DNA of 64,000 bases from an uncultured delta proteobacterium (GTDB lineage: Bacteria > Desulfobacterota > Binatia > Binatales > Binataceae): NCBI GenBank assembly GCA_963699705.1, contig CAVOUW010000001.1, positions 141,572 to 205,571 of the forward strand, read 5' to 3'. The notes beneath the pieces were generated by a model that was not told the DNA's origin, did not search any database, and saw only the letters and a program-made list of their open reading frames with translations. Positions 55,709 to 64,000 of the stretch are shown piece by piece (within the stretch, counting starts at the first letter, position 1; each line of letters starts with the position of its first letter). The translations under genes were made by a program, and so were the position numbers.

Positions 55709-56551
55709 TCAATTTCCTTTTGCGGGCGGCACGCCGATTCCCTTGAGGAACTCGCTGCGCGCGACCATCGGGTCGCGCGCAGCTACTTTGTTGTAGGCCG
55801 TCATCAGGGTTCGCGCGTCCTGCGAGCACATCAGCTGCGTCATCTCCATCCGCTCGACGTAAAGTCCGGATTCGAGGTCGCGGTCGGCGCCCAGATAGAC
55901 TGCCCGTTTGATTGCAGCCACGGATCGCGGCGGGCGACTGGCTAGCGTGCGCGCCCATTCCATCGCGAATGGCATCAGCTTCTCTGGTGCGAGCACGCGA
56001 TTTACCATTCCCATGTGTTCGGCTTCGCGAGGATTGTAAACATTGCCGAACAGCAGGACCTCGAGCGCCCTGCCGCGGCCGATTAGTCGTGGCAGGCGTT
56101 GCGTGCCGCCGCCTCCGGGCAAAATTCCGAGCACCGCTTCGGGCAGGCCTATCTGGTAAGGGCCGTCCGCCGCGAGACGAAAGTCGCACGACAGCGCGAG
56201 CTCGTAGCCGCCGCCCATGCAGTCGCCGTTAATCGCCGCGATGACCGCCTTGGGCATCAGCATGATCCGGTCGAGCATGCGATGGAACCCTGCGGACGCG
56301 GCGGGAAAAGTCTGCGCACAAGTCGCGGGATCGTCGGCCATCGCGGCCAGTTCGTCCACGCTGTAGTGCGTGATGAATTTTCCATCGACGCCGCCGGTAA
56401 GAATGATCGCGCGCGTGTTGGCGTCGCTTTCGGCGCGTCCCACAAGCTCCAGCAGCTCCTGCGACATCGGCGCCGTCATATAGTTCATCGGCGGATTGTG
56501 GATGGTCCAGACTTGAACTTGTTCGTGCTGATCGACAGTAAAATGCTTCAT
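55709..56551 (-). CDS. enoyl-CoA hydratase/isomerase family protein
   Basis: The start is proposed at MKHFTVDQ. ...AAINGDCMGGGYELALSCDFRLAA... is the crotonase fold. Confidence 0.85.
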   Translation of the reverse strand: MKHFTVDQHEQVQVWTIHNPPMNYMTAPMSQELLELVGRAESDANTRAIILTGGVDGKFITHYSVDELAAMADDPATCAQTFPAASAGFHRMLDRIMLMPKAVIAAINGDCMGGGYELALSCDFRLAADGPYQIGLPEAVLGILPGGGGTQRLPRLIGRGRALEVLLFGNVYNPREAEHMGMVNRVLAPEKLMPFAMEWARTLASRPPRSVAAIKRAVYLGADRDLESGLYVERMEMTQLMCSQDARTLMTAYNKVAARDPMVARSEFLKGIGVPPAKGN

Positions 56552-56653
56552 GGTTTTTTCTCCGCAAACCGGCGAATAACCCCAGTGGCGTGCTGTTGTC
56601 AATGCAGTTGAGGAGGCGCATGCGATGGTCTAGGCTCAGTAGTGGAAGTTTCG

Positions 56654-56920
56654 ATGAAGATCGATATCGACCTCAAGTCCGGATTTCTGCAAAATCTCAA
56701 GCGTGAAGTGCTCGACTCGCTCAACACCGAAGAGCGCGCGATCATCGAGGTCTCGACCGGCGAGATGGGCAACAAGCCCGACGCAGTGAAGCTCGGATGG
56801 CTTAAGATGCGGACCAAGGAAACCTGGACCAAGCAGCGCTACACCAAGGCTCTCGGCCGCACGATGGAAAAATTGCGCGAAGCGGTCGCGGCGGCTGAGA
56901 AGAACAAGAGCGGCGACTGA
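56654..56920 (+). CDS. hypothetical small protein
   Basis: MKIDIDLKSGFLQNLKREVLDSLNTEERAIIEVSTGEMGNKPDAVKLGWLKMRTKETWTKQRYTKALGRTMEKLREAVAAAEKNKSGD. No family is recognised. Confidence 0.45.
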   Translation: MKIDIDLKSGFLQNLKREVLDSLNTEERAIIEVSTGEMGNKPDAVKLGWLKMRTKETWTKQRYTKALGRTMEKLREAVAAAEKNKSGD

Positions 56921-56928
56921 GAGTCCGG

Positions 56929-58128
56929 TCAAGGCTCGATTCGCGCGACTCGGCGCTTGCCAACTTCGAGCACTTTGTGCTCGCCCGGAACGAAACGAAA
57001 ATTCACGTCGGTTATCGTGTGACCGTCGACGCGCACTGCGCCCTGACTCACCAGGCGCCGCGCCTCGCTGGTGGACGGCGTGAACTGTAGCTGCTTCATC
57101 AGCTCGCAAATCCAGAGGTCCTCGGCGATTCGGTAAACCTGCGCGCTGGCGGGAACTTCACGGCGCTGGTGCTTGCTCTCGAAATATTCCTCGGCGCGAG
57201 TTGCCGCCGGCGCGCCGTGGTATTCGGTGACGATAGTGCGGGCGAGACGTTTCTTCGCTTCCATCGGATGCATCCCGCCCGACTTCACCGCCACGATTTC
57301 TTCAAGCGTCGCGTTTGTCAGCAGCTCGTAGTATCGCACCATCAGCTTGTCGGGCACCGACATCAGCTTGCCGTACATGTCCTCGGGCTTGTCGGTCAGG
57401 CCAACGTAATTGCCGAGCGACTTGGACATTTTGCGGACACCGTCGAGACCCTCGAGCAGCGGCATCGTCATCACCGCTTGCGGCGCCTGTCCGTAATGTC
57501 GTTGCAGCTCGCGGCCGACCAGCATGTTGAACTTCTGATCGGTGCCGCCAATCTCAAGATCCGCTTCCAGCGCGACGGAGTCGTAACCCTGAATCACAGG
57601 ATAGAGCAGCTCGTGCAGGAACAGCGGCTCTTCAGCTGCGAGGCGCTTCTCGAAATCGTCGCGTTCGAGCAGTCGGGCGACACTGACTTTCGCGGCGATC
57701 TCGATCAGCTTGGCCACGCCCAGTTCATTCATCCACTCGCTGTTGAAACGAACTTCAGTACTTTCGCGATCGAGAATCTTGAAGGCTTGTGTGCGATAGG
57801 TTTCCGCGTTGCGCTCGATTTGTTCGCGTGACAGCGGCTTTCGGGTCTCGTTGCGTCCGGTGGGATCGCCGATCATCGCTGTGAAATCACCAACCAGGAA
57901 AATTACGGTGTGGCCCGCATCCTGAAAGTCGCGCAGCTTCTTTAACGTCAGGCTATGACCAAGATGCAGATCGGGCGCCGTCGGATCCATCCCAAGCTTG
58001 ATCCTGAGCGGACGGCCAAGCGCAAGCTTTGCAGCTAGCTCCTGCGGAGAAATGACTTCGGTGGCACCGCGGACAAGCGCCGCAGCCTCTTCATTTGCCT
58101 GATTTTCGTTCACGTTCCGCTTCGTCAA
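56929..58128 (-). CDS. tyrS: tyrosyl-tRNA synthetase
   Basis: 399 aa. It has the HIGH motif (PDLHLGHSL), KMSKS (VRKMSKSLGNYV) and a C-terminal S4 domain. Confidence 0.93.
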   Translation of the reverse strand: MTKRNVNENQANEEAAALVRGATEVISPQELAAKLALGRPLRIKLGMDPTAPDLHLGHSLTLKKLRDFQDAGHTVIFLVGDFTAMIGDPTGRNETRKPLSREQIERNAETYRTQAFKILDRESTEVRFNSEWMNELGVAKLIEIAAKVSVARLLERDDFEKRLAAEEPLFLHELLYPVIQGYDSVALEADLEIGGTDQKFNMLVGRELQRHYGQAPQAVMTMPLLEGLDGVRKMSKSLGNYVGLTDKPEDMYGKLMSVPDKLMVRYYELLTNATLEEIVAVKSGGMHPMEAKKRLARTIVTEYHGAPAATRAEEYFESKHQRREVPASAQVYRIAEDLWICELMKQLQFTPSTSEARRLVSQGAVRVDGHTITDVNFRFVPGEHKVLEVGKRRVARIEP

Positions 58129-58232
58129 GTCCGTTCGCCCAAGAGCCAGTGAGCAGTGGCTCTCAAGCGTACAGGAATCCCGGCGGCGCGGAATAGCCCG
58201 CTAACGCCGCTCTTGCAATCAAATCCGGCTAC

Positions 58233-58721
58233 TTATCCGCGTTCCGCTGCGCGGCTGCCATGCAGACGCCGATGTTTGCCGACGGCGATCATTCCGCGCC
58301 GCATGCGCGCGGTTCTCACATGGCGGCCCGGGATCATTCCGAGCTCGCGCAGACCCTGTTTTACAACGCCGAGTGCGCGTTCGTGGATCATGCGAACCTC
58401 GCGCAGCCGAAACTCACGCTGCGGAAACTCCAGCCGTCCAGCCTTGCAGGTGTGCGCGAGTGTGCGCCGATGCACACCGAAGCAGGTCGGTCCGTATATT
58501 TCGCTGAGCAGCCACAGCGCGATCTCATCGAGACCCCGCATACACCAACCGATGCATTGGTAGTCGTCGATCGCGTTGGCCGCGGTCCTGCATGCATCCG
58601 CCGGCAGCTCGTCCGCCATCAGTCGTCTGGTCCGCCCGCTGTGAAGCAACTCGCGCAAGCGGAAATAAAAGCGTAGAGCCTCTTCCGCTCTCCTGAAGCG
58701 AATCTTGTGTTCCTCAGACAT
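58233..58721 (-). CDS. hypothetical protein
   Basis: 162 aa: MSEEHKIRFRRAEEALRFYFRLRELLHS.... No family is recognised. It lies just downstream of an AT-rich tandem-repeat region. Confidence 0.4.
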   Translation of the reverse strand: MSEEHKIRFRRAEEALRFYFRLRELLHSGRTRRLMADELPADACRTAANAIDDYQCIGWCMRGLDEIALWLLSEIYGPTCFGVHRRTLAHTCKAGRLEFPQREFRLREVRMIHERALGVVKQGLRELGMIPGRHVRTARMRRGMIAVGKHRRLHGSRAAERG

Positions 58722-58978
58722 CGCAGTCCTTTCCCTAAGGTGAAAAATTAGGAGACCCTACGAAGCGCGCGACGATGCCAGTCCCAGACTTCTCTCATCG
58801 GCACGAACAGCGCTGCTATTCGAGCGGGACGCGAAATTATCCGCACTAAACGCGACGAGGGTTCCAATGTTTTGATGCTTATCGCGGCACACGCTGTAAA
58901 GTCAACAGAATGATTACACTTCAAGACATTTTGTTACATTCAAGTCATTTTGTTAGTGTGCTAAGCGTTCAGTGTCAT
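58722..58978. promoter_or_regulatory. AT-rich intergenic region with a tandem direct repeat
   Basis: ACTTCAAGACATTTTGTTACATTCAAGTCATTTTGTTAG contains two ~19-nt tandem copies of TTCAAGNCATTTTGTTA. Confidence 0.5.
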
Positions 58979-59662
58979 TTAGCCACGCTGGTTGTAGCGG
59001 TTCATGGCGGCGGCGAGTCCTTCCGCGGCAATGGCTTCCACTGCGCTCGCCGCGCGATCGAGGATCGGGGCGAGCGCTTGCCGTTCGGCGGCTGTCATCG
59101 GGCGCAGCAGGTAGTCCTTATTTTCTTCGGTTTTCGGCTGTCGGCCGGGTTCCATTTCGACGGTGAAGCCGGGTGGGCGGCCGATTCCAATTCTGACGCG
59201 AATGAAGTCGGTGGTTCCAAGCGACTCGGCGATTGAACGCACGCCGCGGTTGCCCGCGTCGCCGCCGCCCTGCTTCATTCTGAGCCGCCCGGCTTCGAGG
59301 TCCAGCTCGTCATGCACCACGATCAATTGCTGAGGAGCAATTTTGAAATATCCGAGCAAGTCCGAAATGCATTCGCCGGTGAGGTTGTAAAAGGTTTGCG
59401 GCTTGACGAGTATTGCGGGCTTTTCGGCCAGCGTGATTTCAGCCGTGATGCCTTTGAATCTGCGGCGGCTCAGATCGACACCCTTTGCTTTCGCGATTCG
59501 ATCGATCGTCATGAAGCCAGCATTGTGGCGCGAGCGCGAGTATTCTTCGCCGGGATTTCCCAGTCCTGCGACCACCCATTGAATCGATGAACGCGATTCG
59601 GAGTCGGATTTCCTGCCGCGCGATGCACGAAAATTACCGAACAGACGCTTGATCGCCGCCAT
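58979..59662 (-). CDS. pth: peptidyl-tRNA hydrolase
   Basis: VVAGLGNPGEEYSRSRHNAGFM...HDELD... shows the Pth signatures. The start is proposed at MAAIKRL. Confidence 0.9.
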   Translation of the reverse strand: MAAIKRLFGNFRASRGRKSDSESRSSIQWVVAGLGNPGEEYSRSRHNAGFMTIDRIAKAKGVDLSRRRFKGITAEITLAEKPAILVKPQTFYNLTGECISDLLGYFKIAPQQLIVVHDELDLEAGRLRMKQGGGDAGNRGVRSIAESLGTTDFIRVRIGIGRPPGFTVEMEPGRQPKTEENKDYLLRPMTAAERQALAPILDRAASAVEAIAAEGLAAAMNRYNQRG

Positions 59663-59675
59663 CGAATTCAAACGC

Positions 59676-60758
59676 TCATCGGTGAGCGCTGCGTTTCGAT
59701 TTGAAGGGAGCGCGAACCAGCGGCGCGAGCGCCTTGAACAGCGCGTTCATTTCGGCCGGAGTGCCAATCGAGATCCGGAGCGCATCCTGGAGCAGCGGCG
59801 TCGCGAAATGCCGGACCAGGATTCCCGCGCGGCGCAACCCGCGCGTGACCGGCGCCATGTCGCGTCCCGGCATCCGCGCCAACACAAAATTCGCCTGCGA
59901 ATGCGGCACTTCGAAGCCGAGCTTGCGCAGCCGCCCCTCGGTTTGCGCGCGGGTCCGGATTACCTTGGCGACATTGCGGCGCATCCAGGCGGCGTCGCGC
60001 AGCGCTTCGGCTCCAACAGCAAGTGCGACGCGGCTCAAGTTGTACGAATCCTTGACCTTCATCAACGCGTCGATCACGGTCGGATGGGCAAAGCAGAGGC
60101 CGAGGCGCATCCCGGCGAGCGAGTAGGATTTCGACAGCGTGCGCAGAACCACTACGTTACGATGGCGTCGCACGAGACCTAGAGCGTTCGCGCCAGCGAA
60201 ATCGACGTAAGCCTCGTCGATCACGAGCAACCTGCCGTCGAGGCGTTTCGCGAGCGCGCCCAGGCTCCGACTCGGTGTCAAAGTGCCGGACGGGGAATTC
60301 GGACTGCACACGATCGTGAGATTGGCGCGCGCGTCCGCCAGCGAGTCGAGCGGCAGCGCGAAGTCGGGATCGAGCGGGATATGAACGATTCGCGCCTCCT
60401 GCACCAGCGCCAGGGTGTCGTAGAGCGAATAAGTCGGCACCGCGTAGGCGACGGTGTCACCTTCGCCAAGAGTCGCGCGAAACACCATCGCGAGCAATTC
60501 GTCGGAGCCGTTGCCTGCGAGAATCATGTTTTGTGGAATCGAGTAAATTTTCGCTGCGCTCGCCACGAATTCATCGGCGCGCGGCGCCGGATACAGGCGC
60601 AGCGCCGACCCTGCCATCACTTTCGCAACTGCGCGGCGCACTCGCGGCGACGGTGGATATGGGTTTTCGTTGGTGTTCAGCTTGATCAGCCGCTGACCGG
60701 GACGCGGCTGCTCGCCGGGCCGATACGCCGCCATGTTTTTGATCGATTCGCGGAACAT
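59676..60758 (-). CDS. hisC: histidinol-phosphate aminotransferase
   Basis: The start is proposed at MFRESIKNMAAYRPG. It has KLNTNENPYPPSP and the PLP lysine region TLSKSYSLAGMRLG. Confidence 0.88.
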   Translation of the reverse strand: MFRESIKNMAAYRPGEQPRPGQRLIKLNTNENPYPPSPRVRRAVAKVMAGSALRLYPAPRADEFVASAAKIYSIPQNMILAGNGSDELLAMVFRATLGEGDTVAYAVPTYSLYDTLALVQEARIVHIPLDPDFALPLDSLADARANLTIVCSPNSPSGTLTPSRSLGALAKRLDGRLLVIDEAYVDFAGANALGLVRRHRNVVVLRTLSKSYSLAGMRLGLCFAHPTVIDALMKVKDSYNLSRVALAVGAEALRDAAWMRRNVAKVIRTRAQTEGRLRKLGFEVPHSQANFVLARMPGRDMAPVTRGLRRAGILVRHFATPLLQDALRISIGTPAEMNALFKALAPLVRAPFKSKRSAHR

Positions 60759-60765
60759 CAGTGAA

Positions 60766-61809
60766 TTATGTATCGAGCGGCAGCTTGATTCGACTGCCAG
60801 AGCGCGACGAACGATAGCAGGCCTCGACTGCTTCGACTGCGCGCAGCCCGTCATTGCCGTCGGGCGAGGGTTTCGCGCGGCCTTGAATCGCAGCGATAAA
60901 GTTTTCGGCGAGTGCTCGCGAGGGAGCGAGCAAATCGTGCGGGTCGAAACGCGCCATCACGTCTTCGCGCGAAAATCCCGGGACCGGACTGCCGTCAGAT
61001 TTCAGAATCGAGATGTCGTTGCGCGGATAACCGGCCATCACCCTGCCCTCGCTCCCGTAAATCTCGATCGCGGACAGCGGCGGCATACTGCTCCAACTGG
61101 CCTCGACGACGCCGATCGCACCGGACTTGAAATGAAGAATCATCGCTCCCGTATCATCAACTTCGATCTGCTTGGCGAGGGTTCCGACCTGCCCCGAGAC
61201 CGAATCGATTTCGCCCATAAACCAGATCGCGAGGTCGGCGACGTGAACACCAAGATCGAGCATCGCGCCGCCGCCCGCTTCCGAAGCCGTCGTGAACCAT
61301 TTCTGTCCCGGCGCCCACAATTGAGGTCCGCCGTGCGAAAGCCGGTCGCGAATGAAATGAGGTTGGCCGATCGCTCCGCTCGCGAGCGCATCCTTGATAG
61401 CGCGCTCGATTCCACCGAAGCGCCGTTGCATCGCAACCATCAGCACGCGGCCAGCTTTCGCTGCCGCATCGACCATCTTGCGCGCCTCGGCGGCGGTCGG
61501 AGCCATCGGCTTTTCCACCAGCACGTGCGAGCCAGCGTTGAGCGCCTTGACCGTAAATTCGCAATGCAAATTGTTCGGCGTGAAAATTCCGACCGCGTCG
61601 GGACGCTCACGCGCCAGCATATCGTCGAAGTTGGAATAGACTTTGGTCCGGTTGACAGCGTCGGACGAAAGTGAGTGCGCAAGGCGTTCGGCTTTGTCGG
61701 CGGTGCGGCTTTGTATCGCGACGATTCGCACGTCCGCGACGCTCGCGAGCGCAGGAATATGAGCACGTTCGGTAATCGCCCCGGCGCCGGCAATCGCAAT
61801 CCTGATCAT
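60766..61809 (-). CDS. Gfo/Idh/MocA family NAD(P)-dependent oxidoreductase
   Basis: The start is MIRIAIAGAGAITERAHIPAL (Rossmann), overlapping the cutA stop by ATGA. ...VLVEKPMA... is the conserved EKP motif. Confidence 0.85.
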   Translation of the reverse strand: MIRIAIAGAGAITERAHIPALASVADVRIVAIQSRTADKAERLAHSLSSDAVNRTKVYSNFDDMLARERPDAVGIFTPNNLHCEFTVKALNAGSHVLVEKPMAPTAAEARKMVDAAAKAGRVLMVAMQRRFGGIERAIKDALASGAIGQPHFIRDRLSHGGPQLWAPGQKWFTTASEAGGGAMLDLGVHVADLAIWFMGEIDSVSGQVGTLAKQIEVDDTGAMILHFKSGAIGVVEASWSSMPPLSAIEIYGSEGRVMAGYPRNDISILKSDGSPVPGFSREDVMARFDPHDLLAPSRALAENFIAAIQGRAKPSPDGNDGLRAVEAVEACYRSSRSGSRIKLPLDT

Positions 61810-62135
61810 CGGCGGTGGCCGCGGGGAGGACCGGTAGTGTCGAGCATCCACTGGATGTACGGCGGCGAGCCGCGATCTGCATTCAGCGCGAGGACCTCCG
61901 GAACTTCGTAAGTATGCATCTCGCGGACGCGCGTCTCGACCTTCATATAAAGCAGCGCGCGCGTCTTTATGATGAGGAGATACTCGCGATCGTCTTTGAC
62001 GCCGTCGCGCCATCGATAGATCGAGCGCACCGGCCCGACGATATTCACGCATGCAGCGAGCCGTTCAGTGACCAGCGTGCGCGCGATCTGGACGGCCTGC
62101 TCTTCGCTTTCAGTGGTGACGAGAATCACGCGCAT
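61806..62135 (-). CDS. cutA: divalent-cation tolerance protein CutA
   Basis: MRVILVTTESEEQAVQIARTLVTERLAACVNIVGPVRSIYRWRDGVKDDREYLLIIKT. Confidence 0.85.
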   Translation of the reverse strand: MRVILVTTESEEQAVQIARTLVTERLAACVNIVGPVRSIYRWRDGVKDDREYLLIIKTRALLYMKVETRVREMHTYEVPEVLALNADRGSPPYIQWMLDTTGPPRGHRR

Positions 62136-62160
62136 TTTATGAGGGGTTCGTGCCGGCATC

Positions 62161-62409
62161 TCAGGTCTTAACCTCGCGCGCCAGGCGTTGGCGCAACTCC
62201 GCGGGAGTACATCGATACTTGAACGCCTTGCGATCGTTCACGAACAGAACCGGCACTTCGATTCCGAACCGCGCTTCAAGTTCGGGGTCGCCGTCTATCT
62301 CAACGCGCTGGAGGTGTGCGTCGAATTTCGGCAGTTCGGCCGCAATCACCGCTTCCATCTCGTGGCACAACTCGCAGTCGTTCCTAGTGTAGAGGATCAG
62401 CTCGATCAC
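62161..62409 (-). CDS. glutaredoxin-like / thioredoxin-fold protein
   Basis: 82 aa. CELC (CxxC) motif, LILYTRNDCELCHEM. Confidence 0.7.
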   Translation of the reverse strand: MIELILYTRNDCELCHEMEAVIAAELPKFDAHLQRVEIDGDPELEARFGIEVPVLFVNDRKAFKYRCTPAELRQRLAREVKT

Positions 62410-62418
62410 CGGCGTACT

Positions 62419-63128
62419 CTAGCGATCGTGACGGAGGACTCCAAGCCGCACGAGGACAGATTCGGTCGCAGGACATGGCGACGCGTTCGTGCGACGCCGC
62501 GTTCGCGCCAACATTCGCAGATGGGCCGCGAGCAGCAGCACGTCCCCCCATCGATCGACGTCGTACCATGCCGGGCCGAGCGCGTACGGAATGCCGGCGC
62601 GTTTGAGACGCTTGATCGTTGAATCGAATACGCTGCCTGTGCCCCATTGGACGGCGTTGAAAATCGGAGGCATCGGGCCGCGCACACCGACTGCGTAGTA
62701 GCCCCCGTCGAGGCTTGGCGCGATCACGACGTGGCGGCGTCGAAGCGCTTCGAGACTGACTGCGAGCAACTCAGTTGGAAGCGACGGCGTGTCTGTACCG
62801 ATTAACAGCGCGCCGGTGGATAAAAACGGTTCGAGTGCGCGAGCCATGCGATTGCCGAGCGATCCGCTTCCTTGATCGATCAGGTCCGCATCAAAGCGGC
62901 GCGCGAGCCGCTGGAAATATTTGCTGCGCGCACCGTCAGGCGCGCTGGCCGCGATAACGATGGGCGACGGGTGCACCGAAACTGCCTTGGCGAGCGCGTC
63001 GCGGATGAACGCGTCGGACAAAGCTGCCGCTGCGGCCGGCGTGATCGCGCCGATCAGCCGCGTCTTCACCTGATGAGCGATCGGCTCGCGGCAAAATACG
63101 ATCAGCGCCGGCCGCGATTCTAAGCGAC
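62419..63128 (-). CDS. DUF2064/TIGR04282-family glycosyltransferase-like protein
   Basis: The GTG start overlaps the stop of the upstream AsmA-like gene (AAGTGAGT). RPALIVFCREPIAHQVKTRL...AFIRDAL... is the family N-terminus. The first ~270 codons of track ORF 62419..63948 are rejected as an alternate frame of the upstream gene. Confidence 0.65.
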
Positions 63129-64000
63129 TCACTTGATCGTGTTGGGACGGATGATGTTTATCGGCAATCCCAGCGTTTTCTTGAGGAAGTTCGCCACCGA
63201 CGCAATCGGCATCGGATAGATCGACGGATCGCTCACCGGGCCTTTGACGTGAAAGTAGGCGGCGACCATTTTGCCCGTGCCAGCACCAAGGCGGTCGCCA
63301 ATCAGTGGAATGTGGTTCAAGACCCAATCGACGGTGTCGAACGGAAACATGCCGACCTCCATGTCGAGAGTGCCAGCACCGAACTGAACGCTGCCGCTCG
63401 CAGTAATATCCATCACCGGGCCTTTCAGTACAAAATTGTCGGTATAGAAAAGGCCGCCGTGTCCCTTGAAATCGGTGAAGATGGTTTTGAACGGGACACC
63501 GGCGACGCGCGGGTCCGGAATCTGCGCGCTCAGCCAATTCTTGATGTCGATAAAACTGAGCAGTCGCGAAAGCAGCGTAAACTTGTTGAGAGTACCGTCT
63601 CGCACTGTGATCGTCATATCGCCGGCAAGGGTCTCGAAAAAGTTGGTGTCCGTGTTGGCCCACAAATCGGTGGCCAGAAAGAGGTGGCCGAGTAATGGCG
63701 AATGCTTGTTCTTGCCACTCAGCATAAAGAGCGGCGCGGGATCCATGTCGGTGGAGCTGCCCATGATGTGGATCCAGTTGTCTGGGGCTCGGCCGACGAG
63801 CTCGAGCTTCATCTGTCCGCGATAGGCGGTTGCGCTCATGTTGTAAATGCGCCAGTCGCCTTGCGGGCTGCGGGTGAAATCGGTCTTGACGTCGGTCATC
63901 TGAAAGCTGGCAAGGTTTGCGGCGCGCGATTCGATGTGGCCGAAGCATGGGACTGGAAAATTAATCGGCGGCGTGGCCGGCGACCACGGCATCCGCACGA
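63129..64000 (-). CDS. AsmA/TamB-like outer-membrane biogenesis protein, C-terminal part (5' end outside window)
   Basis: The 289-aa C-terminal region (...FKGHGGLFYTDNFVLKGPVMDITASGSVQFGAGTLDMEVGM...) resembles the AsmA_2/DUF3971 C-terminal domain. It is an open frame to the window end. Confidence 0.55.
   Translation of the reverse strand, partial: VRMPWSPATPPINFPVPCFGHIESRAANLASFQMTDVKTDFTRSPQGDWRIYNMSATAYRGQMKLELVGRAPDNWIHIMGSSTDMDPAPLFMLSGKNKHSPLLGHLFLATDLWANTDTNFFETLAGDMTITVRDGTLNKFTLLSRLLSFIDIKNWLSAQIPDPRVAGVPFKTIFTDFKGHGGLFYTDNFVLKGPVMDITASGSVQFGAGTLDMEVGMFPFDTVDWVLNHIPLIGDRLGAGTGKMVAAYFHVKGPVSDPSIYPMPIASVANFLKKTLGLPINIIRPNTIK

Noticed and set aside
62419-63948. 509-aa minus-strand ORF as one protein
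   Set aside because: Its N-terminal ~270 codons are an alternate frame across the AsmA-like gene (His/Arg/Pro-rich). Only the C-terminal ~236 aa (from the GTG at 63128) match the DUF2064 family.
1-64000. tRNA, rRNA, integrase, transposase or phage genes
   Set aside because: I could not identify any cloverleaf-compatible tRNA or rRNA segment, or any recombinase or transposase ORF, in either strand. The window appears to be core chromosome.

Overview
This is a GC-rich (about 60-65%) bacterial chromosomal segment, dense with housekeeping genes on both strands. I found no rRNA, tRNA, CRISPR array, integrase or transposase.

Main blocks, in order:
- holA-lptE-nusB-ribBA-ribD-nrdR
- acpP-fabD-plsX-rpmF-yceD, with no fabH or fabG between plsX and acpP
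- a GH1 beta-glucosidase, nth, glpD and a Mo-pterin oxidoreductase
- an isocitrate/isopropylmalate-dehydrogenase-family gene, translationally coupled to a MOFRL glycerate kinase, then rpiA
- folE, a metF-like gene, thrB2 and bcp
- a secreted phosphoesterase
- hisI-hisG
- several crotonase, acyl-CoA dehydrogenase and alpha/beta-hydrolase genes
- an 885-aa lipoprotein multihaem c-type cytochrome
- a type II secretion operon gspE-F-G-H-I-J-K-L-M-N
- nadA with an adjacent Nudix-type NrtR regulator
- DedA
- a sigma-54-type two-component pair
- tyrS-pth-hisC-cutA

Most unusual features:
1. A mosaic family of palindromic intergenic repeats (modules A-D). It recurs at ten or more loci, three times as the same C+B+A composite. 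It supplies read-through 'PFPRGKG' peptides and stop codons to flanking ORFs.
2. Three genes (ribD, gspG, gspL) are each interrupted by an apparent 1-nt frameshift. The cause is either authentic decay or assembly indels.
3. An orphan VapB-family antitoxin lies next to a degraded partner region that contains an inverted-repeat pair.
4. PlsX carries a long disordered C-terminal tail.
5. Two AT-rich intergenic islands with direct repeats lie upstream of small regulators.

All calls come from reading the translated ORFs and the nucleotide sequence, with no database search. Start coordinates are approximate to within a few nucleotides or codons.
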